Below, one piece after another: positions 37,600 to 52,391 of a DNA stretch of 64,000 nt. The notes under the pieces are model-generated. The model was not told the origin of the DNA. It saw nothing but the letters and a program-made list of their open reading frames with translations, and did not search any database. The position numbers and the translations under genes are program-made. Every line of letters begins with the position of its first letter. Position 1 is the stretch's first letter. Origin of the DNA: the human T2T-CHM13v2.0 reference genome, Homo sapiens; assembly GCF_009914755.1 (NCBI RefSeq), contig NC_060931.1, one strand, 5' to 3'.

Positions 37600-39450
37600 A
37601 ATTGATCTACTGATGAAGGCTTGAAAAGATTCCCCCAAAGGAGAAACACTGAAAGTAATAAGAACATTCGTTTTTTGTAATAAAAGCAATGGAAGCCATT
37701 AAAATGTTTTAATCAGTGGCTTACAATGAATAGACATGTACCTTGAAAACCTTAATCTGGCTGCAGATTGAAGATCCAACACGATAACAGCCAGAACCAA
37801 TAAGTATATGCTCCTTCCAAGATTACTGTAGTTGCCTAGGCTGGAGGTGACGAGGTTCTTATACTAATATAGTCCAGAGTTTAAACATATAGAGTTGCAC
37901 CAGTCTGCCCAGGTTTGTACCTCTCTGTGCTCCCTTGTAGTAACTCACATAACCTCCTATGTCAAGATTCATTATTTGTAACATGGTAATAAAAGTACAA
38001 TTTACCTCAGAAGTAGCTGAGAAAATTAAATGGGTTAGTAAATATAAAAAGCTTTTAGAAGAGTGCTTACACATAGTAAGGTGCTCTATTAATTTTAGCT
38101 ATTACTTTTAAGGAGGTATAGTTGGAGATAAAATGGAAAAACAGGATATGTTTAGGAAGAGTAGTCAGGGTGACCTGATAGATGTGACTTTAGGTATAAG
38201 GAAGTTTCAAGACAGATTTCTGGGTTGTGCCTTAAATAATTGGATAACAAATGGTGTTAGTCATTGAGACAGTGAAAACAGGAAGAAAACAAGATTCAAG
38301 AGGAATATTTCCTGGCTGTATTTGGGACATGCTGGATCTGAATTAAGCTGGAGATATCCAAGAGGAAACACCAAGTAGGCAGTTGCATATAAAGGTTTAG
38401 AGCTTAGATGAGAGATCTGAGATAGAAATACAAAGTTGTGAGTCATCTAGATAGAATTGGGAATTGAAAGGACGGTGTAGATGGGCTGAGCACAGAGAGA
38501 GAACAGAAAGCTGCACGTAACAAAGAAATGTTAATAGAACATAGTGTTAGGTTTAGGCAAAACTGTGAAGTATGTAAAATTTTGGGTTTTCTACTCAAAC
38601 ATTTCTATTTTCCTGCCTTTATATTGATAGCCCTTATAAATTTTTGAATGAATTCATATTGCTTTTAGCTACCCATTTATTTATTGAGCAACAACTTGTG
38701 GAACAACTCCCATGGACCAGAGACCATTCTCCATGCTAAGTATATAGCAATGGACAAGAGAGAAATATTCTTTACTCTCATGAAGTTTGATAAATATCGT
38801 ATAGTGAAAAAGCTAAGCAGAGAATGAAAGTAAGGTGTGGTGGTAGAATATGACTGACTACATTAGTTTGGGTAAAGAAAGGTCTCTCTGAAGAGATGGC
38901 ATTTAAGCAGAGATTTCAAGGATAAGATGGAAGCTGGCATTTGTCCACCAAGTAGAAGACCATTCCATATAAAATTCATCCACTCTTAAAAACAAACTAG
39001 TGGACTAAAGGAGCAGAGAAGGACTATGTGGCTACAGGGAAAGAATTATGGGAAATAAATTTAAAAGGGTGGTCAAGGACTAGATAGTGTAAGGCTTTAA
39101 AAACAAGAGGAAGAAGTATGATAATAAATACATACAATAGTAAAACAGTGTAGAGTTTTAAGGAAAAGAATGATGTGATCCAATTTATGTTTTAAAAATA
39201 TCACTATGGCTGCTCTATGGGCAATATGTTACAGAAAAGATAGAACCAAAGCAAAGAGACCATCTTAGAAGGCTAGTGTTATAATCCAGATACAAGGGAT
39301 GGTAACTTGTACAAGATTGGAAGTATGTAGTGTGAAACAGAGAGAATTAAACAAAATACACTGAATAATTAGATTAAAAAAAGGAGAGAAATCATACATA
39401 ATTCTTAGATTTTAGGCATCTGTAATACAATGGTGCCATAGACTGAAATA
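37600..39450 (-). mobile_element. L2 fragments, with a + strand MIR at ~37925-38105
   Basis: tttgggacatg...gagatatccaag; catttatttattgagca; purine-rich L2 antisense. Confidence 0.65.
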
Positions 39451-39479
39451 GAGAATACTGCGGGAAAATTACCTTACCT

Positions 39480-42400
39480 ATAGAGAGATATGGATAAGAA
39501 TAACAGTAGATTTTTCAAAAGAAACTATGCAAGAAAGAAAAGAGTGGACTGAAATATTTAAAGTTCTGAAAGAAAAAATCAACCTAGAATTCTATATTCA
39601 GTGAAATTATCCTTCAAAAAGTGTACCTAGAAAAAAAAGAAATTCATCATAAGCAGAATGCCTTTGCAAAAAATGTTGAAAGTTCTTCAGGCAGAAGGGA
39701 AAGGATATAGGTTAGAAAATTTGATCTGTGTAAAGAAAGTCATGGCATCAGAGAAACAATGAAGAAGGTAAAATAAAATGTATTTTATTATTTATAATTG
39801 ATTTAAAAGATAACTGTTAGCTTAAAGCAATAATAACAGTAAGTATTGGGTGATTATAGGACATGGTAAATCAAATGAATGATAGTAATGCCATAATAGA
39901 TGGGAGGAAGAAATTGAAAATATGCTATTATCAAGTAATTGTGCTGTACTGAAATGGCAGAGTATTTTTAAATGGGCCGAAATTAGTTAAGAATGTATAT
40001 TGTAAACTTCAGGGAAACTACTAAAAAATCTTAAAAGAAGTACAACTGATATGCTTAGAGAAGAGATAAAATTGAAATAGTAAGTTTTTACTTAAGAGGA
40101 GGCATAAAAATGATGGGTGGGGGAAGAACACGTAATAAATGTAATAAATAGAAAACAGTTACAAACATAGAACAATTTCAATAATCACTTCAAGTCAATT
40201 AAAAAACAGTGATTGTCAGAGTGGGGGAAAAAAACAAGACTCAACCATGTATTTTATAAGAATCAGAATCCCACTTTAAATGGAAATACCTAGTTACATT
40301 AACAGTAAACGGGATAAAGAGAAAAACATCAAGCTAACACACTAACCAAAAGCAAGCTGAAATAGTAGTAGTAATTTTAGACAAAGCCAAAATTCAGAAA
40401 AATGAAGATCACCAGGAATAAAGATAGGCATTACATAATGATAAAAGGGTCAGTTTTCCAAGTAGATATAATAACCCATACAATATATTTACCTAACAAA
40501 ATAAGTATAAAAATACATGAGACAGTAACCGATAGAGCTGATATTAGAAATAGACAAATCCATGATTAAAATCAGACTTTAAAACACTTCTTCAGTGGTT
40601 GATAGATCAAGCAGGCAGAAAATCAGTAAGAATATAGTTGACCTGGACAGTAATATCAATTAACTTTATCCACCTGACAATTACAGAATACTCCATTAAA
40701 CAACAGAAGGATATGCATTAATCTTAAGTGAACATAAATTATTTACTGATACAGGCCACAGTCTCATCCATAAAACACACCTTAATGAACTGATGAATGA
40801 ATTGATGTTTTAGCCTTTACTTTAGGTTCAGGGATATATGTGCCTATTTGATATATAGGTAAATTGTATATCATGGGGGTTTGGTGTACAGATTATTTCA
40901 TCACCCAGGTAATAAACATAGTACCCAATAGGTAGTTTTTCAATCCTCACCCTCCTCCAACTCTTCATCCTCAAGTAAGCCTGAGTGTCTTTTGTTCCCA
41001 TCTTTGTGTTCATGTGTACTCAATGTTTAGCTTCCACTTATAAGTGAAAACGTGGTATTTGGCTTTCTGTTTCTGTGTTAGTTTGCTTAGGATAATGACC
41101 TCCAGCTCCTTCCATGTTGCTGCAAAGGACATGATCTTGTTCTTTTTTAAGTCTGCATACTACTCCATCATGTTTATGTACCACATTTTCTTTATCCCAT
41201 CTATCATTGATGGGCATTTAGGTTGAATCCATGCCTTTGCTACTGTTAATAGTAATGAAAAGAACATACACATGCATGTAGAAGTACTTACATACCTTTG
41301 GGTATGTAAGTACCCAATCATGGGATTGCAGGGTTGAAAGGCAATTCTGTTTTAAGTTCTTTCAGAAATTGCCAGACTGCTTTCCACAATGGCTGAACTA
41401 ATTTACATTCCCACGAGCAGTTTATAAGCGTTCCCTTTTCTTCACAACCTCACCAGCATCTCTTATTTTTGACACTGTAATAGAGTAGCCACTCTGACTG
41501 GTGAGAAATGTTATCTCATTGTGATTTTGATTTGCATTTCTCTAATGATTAGTGATGTTGAACATTTTCTCATATGCTTGTTGGCCACGTGTATGTCTTC
41601 TTTGAGAAGTGTCTGTCCATGCCCTTTGTGCACTTTTTACTGGGGTTGTTTGTTTTTTGCTTGTTAATTTGTTTAAGTTTCTTATAGACTGTGGATATTA
41701 GATCATTTTCAGAGGCATAGTTTGCAAATATTTTCTCCCATTCTGTAGGTGGTCTGTTTACTCTGTTAATAGCTTCTTTTGCTGTGCAGAAGCTGTTTAG
41801 TTTAATTAGATACCATTTGTCAATTTTTGCTTTTGTTGCAATTGCTTTTGGCAACTTCATCATGAAATTTTGCCACAGCTTATGTTCAGAATGGTATTTT
41901 CTAAGTTATCTTTCAGGGGTTTTGTAGTTTTAGCACATTTCAACAAATTTAAAGTAATAGAAAGTATACAAAGTATGCTCTCAGACAAGAATATAATAGA
42001 AAATATTAATAGAAAGCTAGAAATTTTCCCCAAAATAATTGGAGTTTAAACAACATACTTCTAAATAACATATGCATCAAAGAAATCTCAGAATAAATTT
42101 AAATCATATTTTGAATTAAATGAAAATGAAATACAACTTATTAAAATGTATGAGATGTGGCAAAAGTCATGCTTATAATAAAATTTATAACATTAATAAA
42201 TATATTTTTAAATAGAGATCTAAAATAAAAAACCTAAGCTGCTTTCTTAGGAACCTATAGAAAATGAGCAAAATAGCATAATGTAAACAAAAGAAAATTA
42301 AAATTAGATAATAAATCATTAGAATTGAACAGGAAACAACAAAGAGAACTCTAATAAAACCAAAAAATGGTTCTTTGAAAAATGTAAATATAAATTAAAG

Positions 42401-42885
42401 ACCTATAGCTAGGATAACGAAGACAAGACAGAGAAGGCATGATTTGAAAACACTAGCAATAAAAAAGGCACTCATTCCTACTGATGCAATGGAAATGAAA
42501 ATAATAATAAAAGAATGCTCTCAATAAATGTACATCCAAAAAATTGATAACTTAGAGGAAATGGACCAATTTCTTGAAACATACAAGCTACCAGATCTCA
42601 TACAAGGAAAAGTAAGCAATCTTAATAGGAATACATCGATGATAGAAATTTAGCCAATATTTATTATCCTTAAAAAAAGGCCCAGGTACTTTTGCAGGTA
42701 AATTCTACCAAGCAGTTGGAATAAATAATACAGATTCTACGTAATCTCTTCCATAAAATAGAAGGAGAGAAATACTTTGTGACTTATTTAAAGAGGTCAG
42801 AATCATCCCAATACCAAAAGAAGATAAAAAGAAATCAACAGACCGATATCTTTCATAAATATAGGTGCCAAATTCCTCAACATCT
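39480..42885 (+). mobile_element. Old L1 (L1MC/MD-like): ORF1 end, spacer and ORF2 5' part
   Basis: aacctagaattctatattcagtgaaattatccttcaaaa; gaaatggaccaatttcttgaaac. Confidence 0.75.
40808..41932 (-). mobile_element. L1PA15/16-like 3' fragment
   Basis: gtacagattatttcatcacccaggtaataa; ORF2 remnant [12 protein letters not shown]...EWEKIFANY. Confidence 0.9.
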
Positions 42886-43178
<293 letters not shown>

Positions 43179-43184
43179 ACAATG

Positions 43185-43640
43185 TTTAATATCTATGTTG
43201 ATGTATAATTTACATACCCTAAAATTCCCCTATTTAGTATACAATTCATAGATGTCCAACCATCACTGCAGTCTCAGTTTAGAGATTTTTGTCACCTCCA
43301 AAAGAAACACCATCCTCTTTAGCAGTCATGCCTGCTTCCCAAGCCTCCTAGCTATAGGCAACCACTAATGTACTTTCCAGTCTCTATGGATTTGCCTATT
43401 CTGGACATTTCGTATTAATGTAATAATACAATATGTGATCTTTTATAATGGGCTTCTTTCACTTAATATATTGTTTGCATGGTTCATACATGTATCTACT
43501 TCATTCCCTTTTAATATCAAATATTTTATTGTATAGATATATCACATTTTGTTATCCATTAACCAATTGATTGATAGATATTTTGGTTTTTCCCCTTTTT
43601 GGCTGTTGTTATAAAAATGCTGCTATGAATATTTGTTGTA
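43185..43640 (-). mobile_element. L1MB/ME-like 3' end
   Basis: ggcaaccactaat...tctctatggatttgcctattctggacattt. Confidence 0.75.
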
Positions 43641-46600
43641 CAAGGATTTTTAATGCAGCATTGTTTATAATAGCAAAATTTGTCAATGGCCAAGACTAAA
43701 TAAAATATTCTATATTCCTGAGTTATAATAGAGTAGTTTTAACAAAATGAACAAAACTCTCATGAATACAACATGTAAATATAAATAAATAGAGAAGTTG
43801 GTGGTTCTTCACTGTTCCAATTTGCATTTCTAACTTTATGTTAACTTGAGATTGTAAGTAAGAATATTATTGTATTTCCTAATCCATAAAATAGTGGATG
43901 GAAAGGGAAATGTATCCCACCCTGAATAAAACTTTTTATTGATGTTCATTGTTAACTGTTATGAAAGTGGTTTTCTTTACCACTTGTAATGAGAATAAAA
44001 TACTTTTATTTACTCAGAAAATGGGATGTTATGGAATGTTAATGAAAAGTTGATAGCATGTTAAGCTCTCAAGTGCCTTTGGGTTTTATGTGCTTTCAAT
44101 TTATAGTGGCAACTATGTGCTGGGTTTAAACTGTAATATTACCAGACTTGAATATGCAAGCAAATCTTTGAAATACCCAGTAGATAGATACATAAATTTT
44201 TTCTTTAAAAACAATTTGTTATTTCACTTATTTAACCATAACCTATTTAGATGAAAATGAAACTAAGGAAGTAAAACCTTTGTATTATAGTGAAACAATT
44301 TATTTGTTCTTAAATGCTTTTCCGTATGGTTCTCTATCATTACAATGATGTGTCTCTCAAGAAGAATAATTAAATAAATTAAAGATCATGGTCCCATGGT
44401 AATCATATACAAAATTTATTGTTTCTCTTATTCATGATCACTTAAAATAAAATTTTAATTTATTTATTCCTGTTATTAGAGAGCAATAGAATTGTTTTTC
44501 TTTCCATATAAGTGTTTTCAAGTTTTTAATAAAGGATGCCAATAAATGCCAGAACCTATTGTTTTAGAACAAACATTTAATTTGAATCAGTTATACAGGG
44601 TAAATCTACTGAATGGTTTTATGAGATTATTTCTATCATATGCCACATTCTTTCTGGAAACATGGGACTCATATATAAAGAAGGAAATAGAAAAACTGAA
44701 AGGCAAATATATAAGTAACTATTTTTATCTGATTATCTGTATGCTTAAAAAAGGAGAGCTAATGTGAAGTGTCAGATTCTTTGTAACAAGTTTATATATT
44801 CTTTAATTCTTGAAACTATCAACTCTCTTTTCCCTATCATTCATTTAACCGTTTTTTTCTTTCCTTGAAAATTCTTAAATTGTAGTTGTAGTCTATTTCT
44901 AATGGACCAATAGAAAGATGAATAAGGGAGTAAAAAAATGTTTGCAATAGGAAAAGAAGAAAGTTCAAAAGAAAAAAGCTCGTGCCCATAGATAACTCCC
45001 TTGAGGAAATATTCTTGGGATTTTGGATTATAGCATATAATTGCATATAATTTTCCAAAGCTGGTAATCAAGTTTCAAAAAATATTAAGATGCCTGCATG
45101 TCCTGAGAGTTTTTTCTCTATGCTTGCATGAATTTATCCAATTTATTTCTTCTTACAAAAAATTCATAAACATATAACTCATAAATGTATAACCAGAGAT
45201 ATAGAGGATCTAAATTTCTATTTTTCTCATCACTGAGAGGGTTTTAATAAATAATTTCTTACCAGAATCTCTAAGCCTGTTAAACATTCTAGGGAAAATA
45301 CAGTCAAACAACTCAATAGATGCAGAAAAAGCATTTGACAAAAATCAACATTGTTTCATGATTAAAAGCTCTCAACAAATTAGATATAGAAGGAATATAT
45401 CTCAACATGATAAAGGCCATATATGAAAAGCCCACAGCAAATATTGTTCTCAGTGGTAAAAATCTGAAAGCATTTTCTGTAAGAAAAGTATGCCAACTCT
45501 CTCCAGTTCTATTGGGTGATGTAGTAACAGAAATCCTAGCTAGAGCAATGATAAAGGCAATAAAAGGCATCCATATCAGAAAAAAAGTAAAATTGTCTGT
45601 TTGCGGATGACATGATTTTTTATATAGAAAACCCTAAGAGTCCATAAAAATACTGTTAGAACTAATAAACAAATTTAGAAAGTTGTAGGATACAAAATCA
45701 ACCTTCAAAATTAGTTGCATTTCTATATACTAACAACAAACTACCTGAAAAAGAAATTAAGAAAACAATCTCATTTACGCTAGTATCAAAAACTAAAACA
45801 CTTAGGAATATATGCAGCCAAGAAGATGAAAGATTTGTACACCAAAAACTATAAAACAGTGATGAAAGAAGCCGAAGAAGATTCAAATCAATGGAAAAAT
45901 ATCCAGTGTTTATGGACTGGGAGAATTAATATATTAGCATATCCATACTACCCAAAGTAACCTACAAATCTAATACAACGTCTATCAAAATTCCAATGAC
46001 ATTTTTCACAGAAATAGAAAAAAGAATCCTAAATTTATAAAAATCATAAAAGTATCCAAATAACCAAAGCAATATTGAGCAAGAGGAAGCAGACTGGAAG
46101 GATCACACTACCTTATTTCAAAATATACTAGAAAGCTATAGAAACCAAAATAACATGACACTGACATAAAAAACAGATGCATAGACAAATAGAACTGAAT
46201 AAGGAGCCCAGAAGTAAACCCACACATTTACAGTCAACTGATCTTTGACAAAATATCCAGAACACACAATGGGGAAAGGGCAGCCTCTTCTATTTAGTAC
46301 TGAGAAAACTGGATATCCATATGCAGAAGATGGAATTGGAGTATCATATTATACCATATACAAAAATAAACTCAAAATGTATTAAAGGCTTAAATGTGAG
46401 ACCTGAAACTGTGAAACTACAAGAAGAAAACATAGAAAATAGCTTCCAGATATTGTTCTGGGCAATTGTTTTTTAGCTATAACACCAAAAACACAGGAAA
46501 CAAAAAGCAAAACTAGGCAAATGAGATTGTATCAAACTACAAAAAAAGTCTGCATAGCAAAGGAAACAATCAATAGAGTGAAGAGACAATTTACTGAACA

Positions 46601-47472
46601 TGAGGAAATACTTGCAAATTGTACATCTGATAAGGGGTCAGTATAAAAAATACACAAGGAACTCAAACAACTCAATAGCAAGAAAACAACCCAATTTAAA
46701 AATGGACAAAAGACCTGGAAGACATTTCTTCAAAAAAAGAAAAAACTTACAAATAGCCAATAGTTACATGGAAAAATGTTCAATATCACTAATCATTGGA
46801 GAGATGTAAACCAAATCCACAATAAAATATTACCTCACACTTGCTAGAATGGCTATTATCAAAAAGACAAAATGTAAGTGTTGGCAAGGATGTGGATAAA
46901 AAGAAACTCTTGTAAACTGTTCGTGGGAATGTAAATTGGTACAGCCATTATGGAAATCAGTATGGAGGTTGCTCAAGAAATTTAAAATAGAACTACCATA
47001 TGATCCAGCAATCCTACTCCTGGTTATATATTCAGAGGAAGTGAAATCTGGTCTCAAAGAGATATCTGTACTCCAGATTCACTGCAGGCTTATTCACAAT
47101 AGCCAAGATATGAAATCAATCTAATCCAAAAATAAATTAATAAAGAAAATGTGGTATGTGTTATAGATGCACAATGGTATAGTATTCAGCCAAAAAAAGG
47201 AAATCCAGTCACTTATTACACTATGATGAACCTGGAGGACATTATTCTAAGTGAAATAAACCAGGCACAGAAAGACAAATACTGCATGATATCATTTATA
47301 TGTGTGACCTAAAAAAGTGCAATTCATAGAAGCAGAGAATAGAGTGGTAGCTTCCAGGGCTGTGGGATGGATGAAAGGGGAGATGTTGATAAAATGATAC
47401 AAAGTTTCAGTTATGCAGGATAAATAATTTCTGAAGATCTAATGTACAGCAGGGTGACTATAGTTAATCCTA

Positions 47473-48204
47473 CAGTTAACCCTTAAACAAACGGGTTTGA
47501 CCTGGGCAGGTCCACTTATGTGCAGATTTTCTTCTGCCTCTGCCACCCTTGAGACAGCAAGACCAACTCTACCTCTTCCTCCTCAGCCTATAAGACATGA
47601 AGACAATGAAGGTGAAAACCTTTATGGTGATCCACTTCCACTTAATGAATAGTGAATATATTCTCTCTTCCTTAGAGTTTTCTTAATAATCTTTCTTCTA
47701 GCATATTTTCTTATTAGAATATAGTATATTATGCATATAACATAAAAAATATGTGTTAACGGTGCAGGAAAAGAAAACCAAATACCACTTGCTCGCACTT
47801 ATAAGTGGAAGCTAAACATCAGGTACTCATAGACATAAAGATGGTGACAATAGACACTGTGGACTACTAAAATGGGGAGGGAGGGATGAGGGCAAGGGTT
47901 AAAAAACTAACTGTTGGATACTATGCTCACTACCTGGGTGACGGGATCATTTGTACTCCAAACCTCAGCATCATGCAATATACCCAGGAAACAAACCTGA
48001 ACATGTACCCCCTGAATCTAAAATCAAAGTTGAAAAACAATGAAATAAAATACAAATGTTAATGGACTGTTTATATTATTTGTAAGGCTTCCCGTCATCA
48101 ATAGGCTATAAGTAAAGTTTTGTGGGAATCAAATTTATATGTGTATTTTTGACTGCTAGTTGGGGTCAGTACCCCTAACCCTTGCATTCTTTGAGGGTCA
48201 GCTC
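47473..48204 (+). mobile_element. Tigger2a (TcMar-Tigger), interrupted by an L1PA16 fragment
   Basis: TA-flanked TIRs cagttaacccttaaacaa / ttctttgagggtcagctc. Confidence 0.85.
47762..48050 (+). mobile_element. L1PA16-like 3' end
   Basis: ctatgctcactacctgggtgacgggatc...ccctgaatctaaaat; degenerate TSD. Confidence 0.85.
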
Positions 48205-49005
48205 TACTACTATATAGTATACTGGAAATTTGTTAAGAGTCTAAATCTTAAATGTTCTCGTCACAAAAATATTAACCAGGTGAGAAGACAATTATGTTAT
48301 TTAGCTTAATCTTGATCATCATTTTACAATTTATATGTATGCCAAAACATCACATTGTATACCGTAAATATATACAATTTTGAACTGTTGATTATATCAC
48401 TAAAGCAGGGGAAAAAACAAAGAACTTCATATAAGACATACGAGTCTTAGATCATCACAAATCATGAGAAACCTGAAAGAAAACATAATTAGTGTGGTAA
48501 ATCCAAAAACAGAAAATAATGTTCTATATGCTTGTCAAGAGCAATGCATTTTTTAAATAAGAGAATTTATCATCTAGACAAAATACATCATGGAATTTGT
48601 AGATTCCCCTTGTTTCCTTTGATTATAATTATACGATCATTTCAGGACACAAATTTATCTTTGATTATCTTCATCAGAACATGATGTCACTATTTCTGGC
48701 AGTAAACATAAACATTTTTAACAAATAAGGGTAAATATTTTCTAGCCTACTTGCTTTGCATTACCTAGAATTTGGGAAATCAAAGCTGGCATTTTCTACC
48801 TATTCTACAGTTTCTTTTATCTTTAGTCCAAAAAAGTAGATTATAGGTTTACATTATTTAGGTAATCACAGAGAGTATTAACTTTTATAGCTGCAGAGAA
48901 AACCAATTCAAATTTCAAAACTACTATGCCATTTCCCTACATTAGGTTACTCTCCTCTGCAAATCTGACAAGTTGGCATCCAAGCAAAATTTAAATGATC
49001 ACCTT

Positions 49006-49606
<601 letters not shown>

Positions 49607-50379
49607 ATGATCACCTTAAGTATCAGTTTCTTTTGTAAATGAAACAAAATCACAGAAGATGAGTAGTGACTCAGCAAAGATGCAATATTGTCTTATTAAG
49701 GGTAATTTTTCTTGATTCATGGTCTTCCACAATTATCATGACCTACTTAGGAAAATTCTTGCAAGATGGTTGTAAACATGTACTGAGGACAGGTTTATTT
49801 GCCTCAAATTATATATATAAATTTCTTCAGTCCTATGTCAAACAATGGTTTTAACCTTTCCCTGCAGGTAGGGTCACATGACTCCCAGTGCAGACCAAGC
49901 CACAGCCAAATGTTTAAAACTAATCTTGCCCCTTGGGCAAAGGGACTTGAAGAACACAAGTCCATAATCACAGGGTAAGTATCAGTCCAGTTTTGCTGCC
50001 TGTCTGATCCTGAATTTATTTCCGGTTTGCCTTCTTCCTAAGTCCTAGTTTTTGCCCAATTTTTATGACTAAATATCTGCTTTATTTTCTATGTCTCAGC
50101 CCCGTGACTTGGCAGCCTGTTTTACCCTATGTTTTACTATCAGTGATCTCTTTCCTAGAAAATGAGATTCTCCTCCGAAGCCCAGGTTAAAGACTAGTGC
50201 CCTCCAGAAGATCTTGAGATACTGCCTATCTAGCTGATTGTTTTCTCCTTCTGGGTTCCCACTACTGTGTGCTCCTTCCTGCCCCAAACCCTATGTGCAG
50301 TTTGAACATTTTCTAATTGCCCATTGCCAAGATTTTAAAATCATATTATAACTACTGAAATTAGCAGTTACAGGTAGCT

Positions 50380-50530
50380 TATTTATGTATTCATTCATTC
50401 ATTCATTTATTAATTCATTCATCTATCTATCCATCTACTCATAATTTGATTCATGTACTCACCGATTCATTTATCAAACATTTAAAATACATCTGTGTGC
50501 CAGGAATTTTGCTGGGACATTGGAGAGCAT
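50380..50530 (-). mobile_element. L2 3' end with (TTCA)n
   Basis: ttcattcattc...aaacattt...tgtgtgccagg. Confidence 0.7.
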
Positions 50531-50689
50531 GAACTTGTTGACAGATCAAAAAAATTCTAGGAAGACCACAGCTATCTTAAATGTTTTCAAAGATAGTAGC
50601 ACCATTAAGAAAAACAGACAAGAGGAGAAATTGATTTTTAAAAAATAATAAAATCTGTTTGTAATATGAAGAGTTTAAAGTGCCTCTAG

Positions 50690-50858
50690 ACTCTTATTAC
50701 TCAAAATATTGCTCATGGACTAGGAGTATTGGCCTAAATTGGGAGGGTTTAAAATGCACACTCTAAAACCTTCCTCTCTTGAACTACTTAACCTAAATCC
50801 GCATTTCAAGAATATTCCCCGGTAATTCTTATGCACTTGAAAGTTTAAGAGGGACTGT
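50690..50858. mobile_element. MER5-like DNA transposon
   Basis: tactcaaaat...gcatttcaag...ggtaattcttatgcacttgaaagtttaaga...actg. Confidence 0.65.
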
Positions 50859-51229
50859 TGTTCCAGACTGTTTAGGTTGAGGTGTTCAATAAACATCTTA
50901 AAGTAATAGTCTGAAATTCAGGAGATAAAGAAGTGGAATTCATCAGCACATGGATGGTAACTGAAGTCCTGTGTGTGTTAGACAACCTAAAGAAATGTCA
51001 AAAGAAGACAGATAATTGAAGGCAAAATTTCATGATTGCCTTTTTCCATCTGCCCTTGAATCTTCCCATATTAGAGGAAAGAGAGATGATAAGAGAAATA
51101 AGATAATAAACCTTAATGTTTAATTAACGAATTAAGTATTCTTTAATTCTCTTCATCTTCTCCTTGACTATGGCTATTAGCTAGCAAAAACACTTGTTCT
51201 TTAAAGGAGAAAGACAGCATAACATGCAA

Positions 51230-52060
51230 GCTATAGACTAATGGCTTGGACTTTATCTCAGCAATATTCAAAGGAACATTATTAAAAGGGTGGTTTTTGA
51301 GCACTTAAAAAGGAAGCAATCATGAGGAATCAGGATGTATGCATTTATAACAAGTCATAGTGGATAGAGTTCATTTCTTTCTTCCATAGGCTTACTAAAC
51401 AGAAATGTATCAAGAATGACATATCCGGGCTTCAGCAAACCATTTAACAAGATTTCTCATGATGTTTTTAAGGACAAGATAGAGAGAATGTGGCCAAGTA
51501 CAACAGCAGTTAGGTTGCAAAGTACCTAGTTAGATAATCCTTCCCCAGATGGTGCTAATTAATGTCGGCCTGCCTAGTGGTTTCCAGTGGCATGCCACTC
51601 GGCCCTCCATCCTTCATTCTGTACCTCTGGTTGAAGATTCTGTTCAGTGATTGGGACAAAGAAAAAGAAGACATATTTACCAAATTTCAACACACACAAA
51701 CTGAAGATTTGCTGGTATGTTAGGTGACACAATTATGATCCAGAGAATCTTGGCAGATTGCACTATTTAACTGAATCTAATAAGATGAAATTTAATAAAA
51801 ATAAATATTAGGTTGTATATTTTAAGGCAGAAAACCAGCTCTATAAGTACTATAAGTTGGGGAAAAGGAGGCATAGCTGCATTCTGACTATAGAACAAAT
51901 AAAAAATACTGAATATCTTAATTGACAGTGAGCTCATTAATCTAAGTGCGAAGAGGCCACCAAAAAATGCAATCTAAATGTAGATGCATTAATGAATAGA
52001 GAGCACTGATATTGAAAATGTATACATTGGATTCTGTTCTGCTCTGACCACTACTAAAAT
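51230..52060 (+). mobile_element. L3/CR1 LINE remnant (RT region)
   Basis: ttcagcaaaccatttaacaagatttctcatgat (cf. DFSKAFDKVSHD); aataagatgaaatttaata. Confidence 0.75.
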
Positions 52061-52391
52061 TTGAAATGTTATTATAAACAAAAAAACAAAAGGCACATTC
52101 ATTGTTATTACTTAACAGTATTTATGAAGAGATATTTTCATTGCTATGGGAAATATCTGTCCATTGTTCAGGAACTAGGAGATGCAACTGAGATGAATAG
52201 TTAAATAGGCTTCTCTCTCACTCTCTTTAGGTCAAAACTGTGATGTACAGATTTTGTTAGCACTTCGTATAAATATAAAATATCACTGTGCATTATATGA
52301 CTTGATGGCCAATTATATAATAAAAAGGAATAACAAGCAAAGATGAATAATGGCTTATGCAGTTTTCTCCTTTAGCCGTACATTTAATCTA

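Larger units (their letters stand above)
45310..48420 (+). mobile_element. L1MA8/9-like 3' half, interrupted by Tigger2a
   Basis: gatgcagaaaaagcatttgac, tttgcggatgacatg (FADDM), L1MA 3'UTR. Confidence 0.88.
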
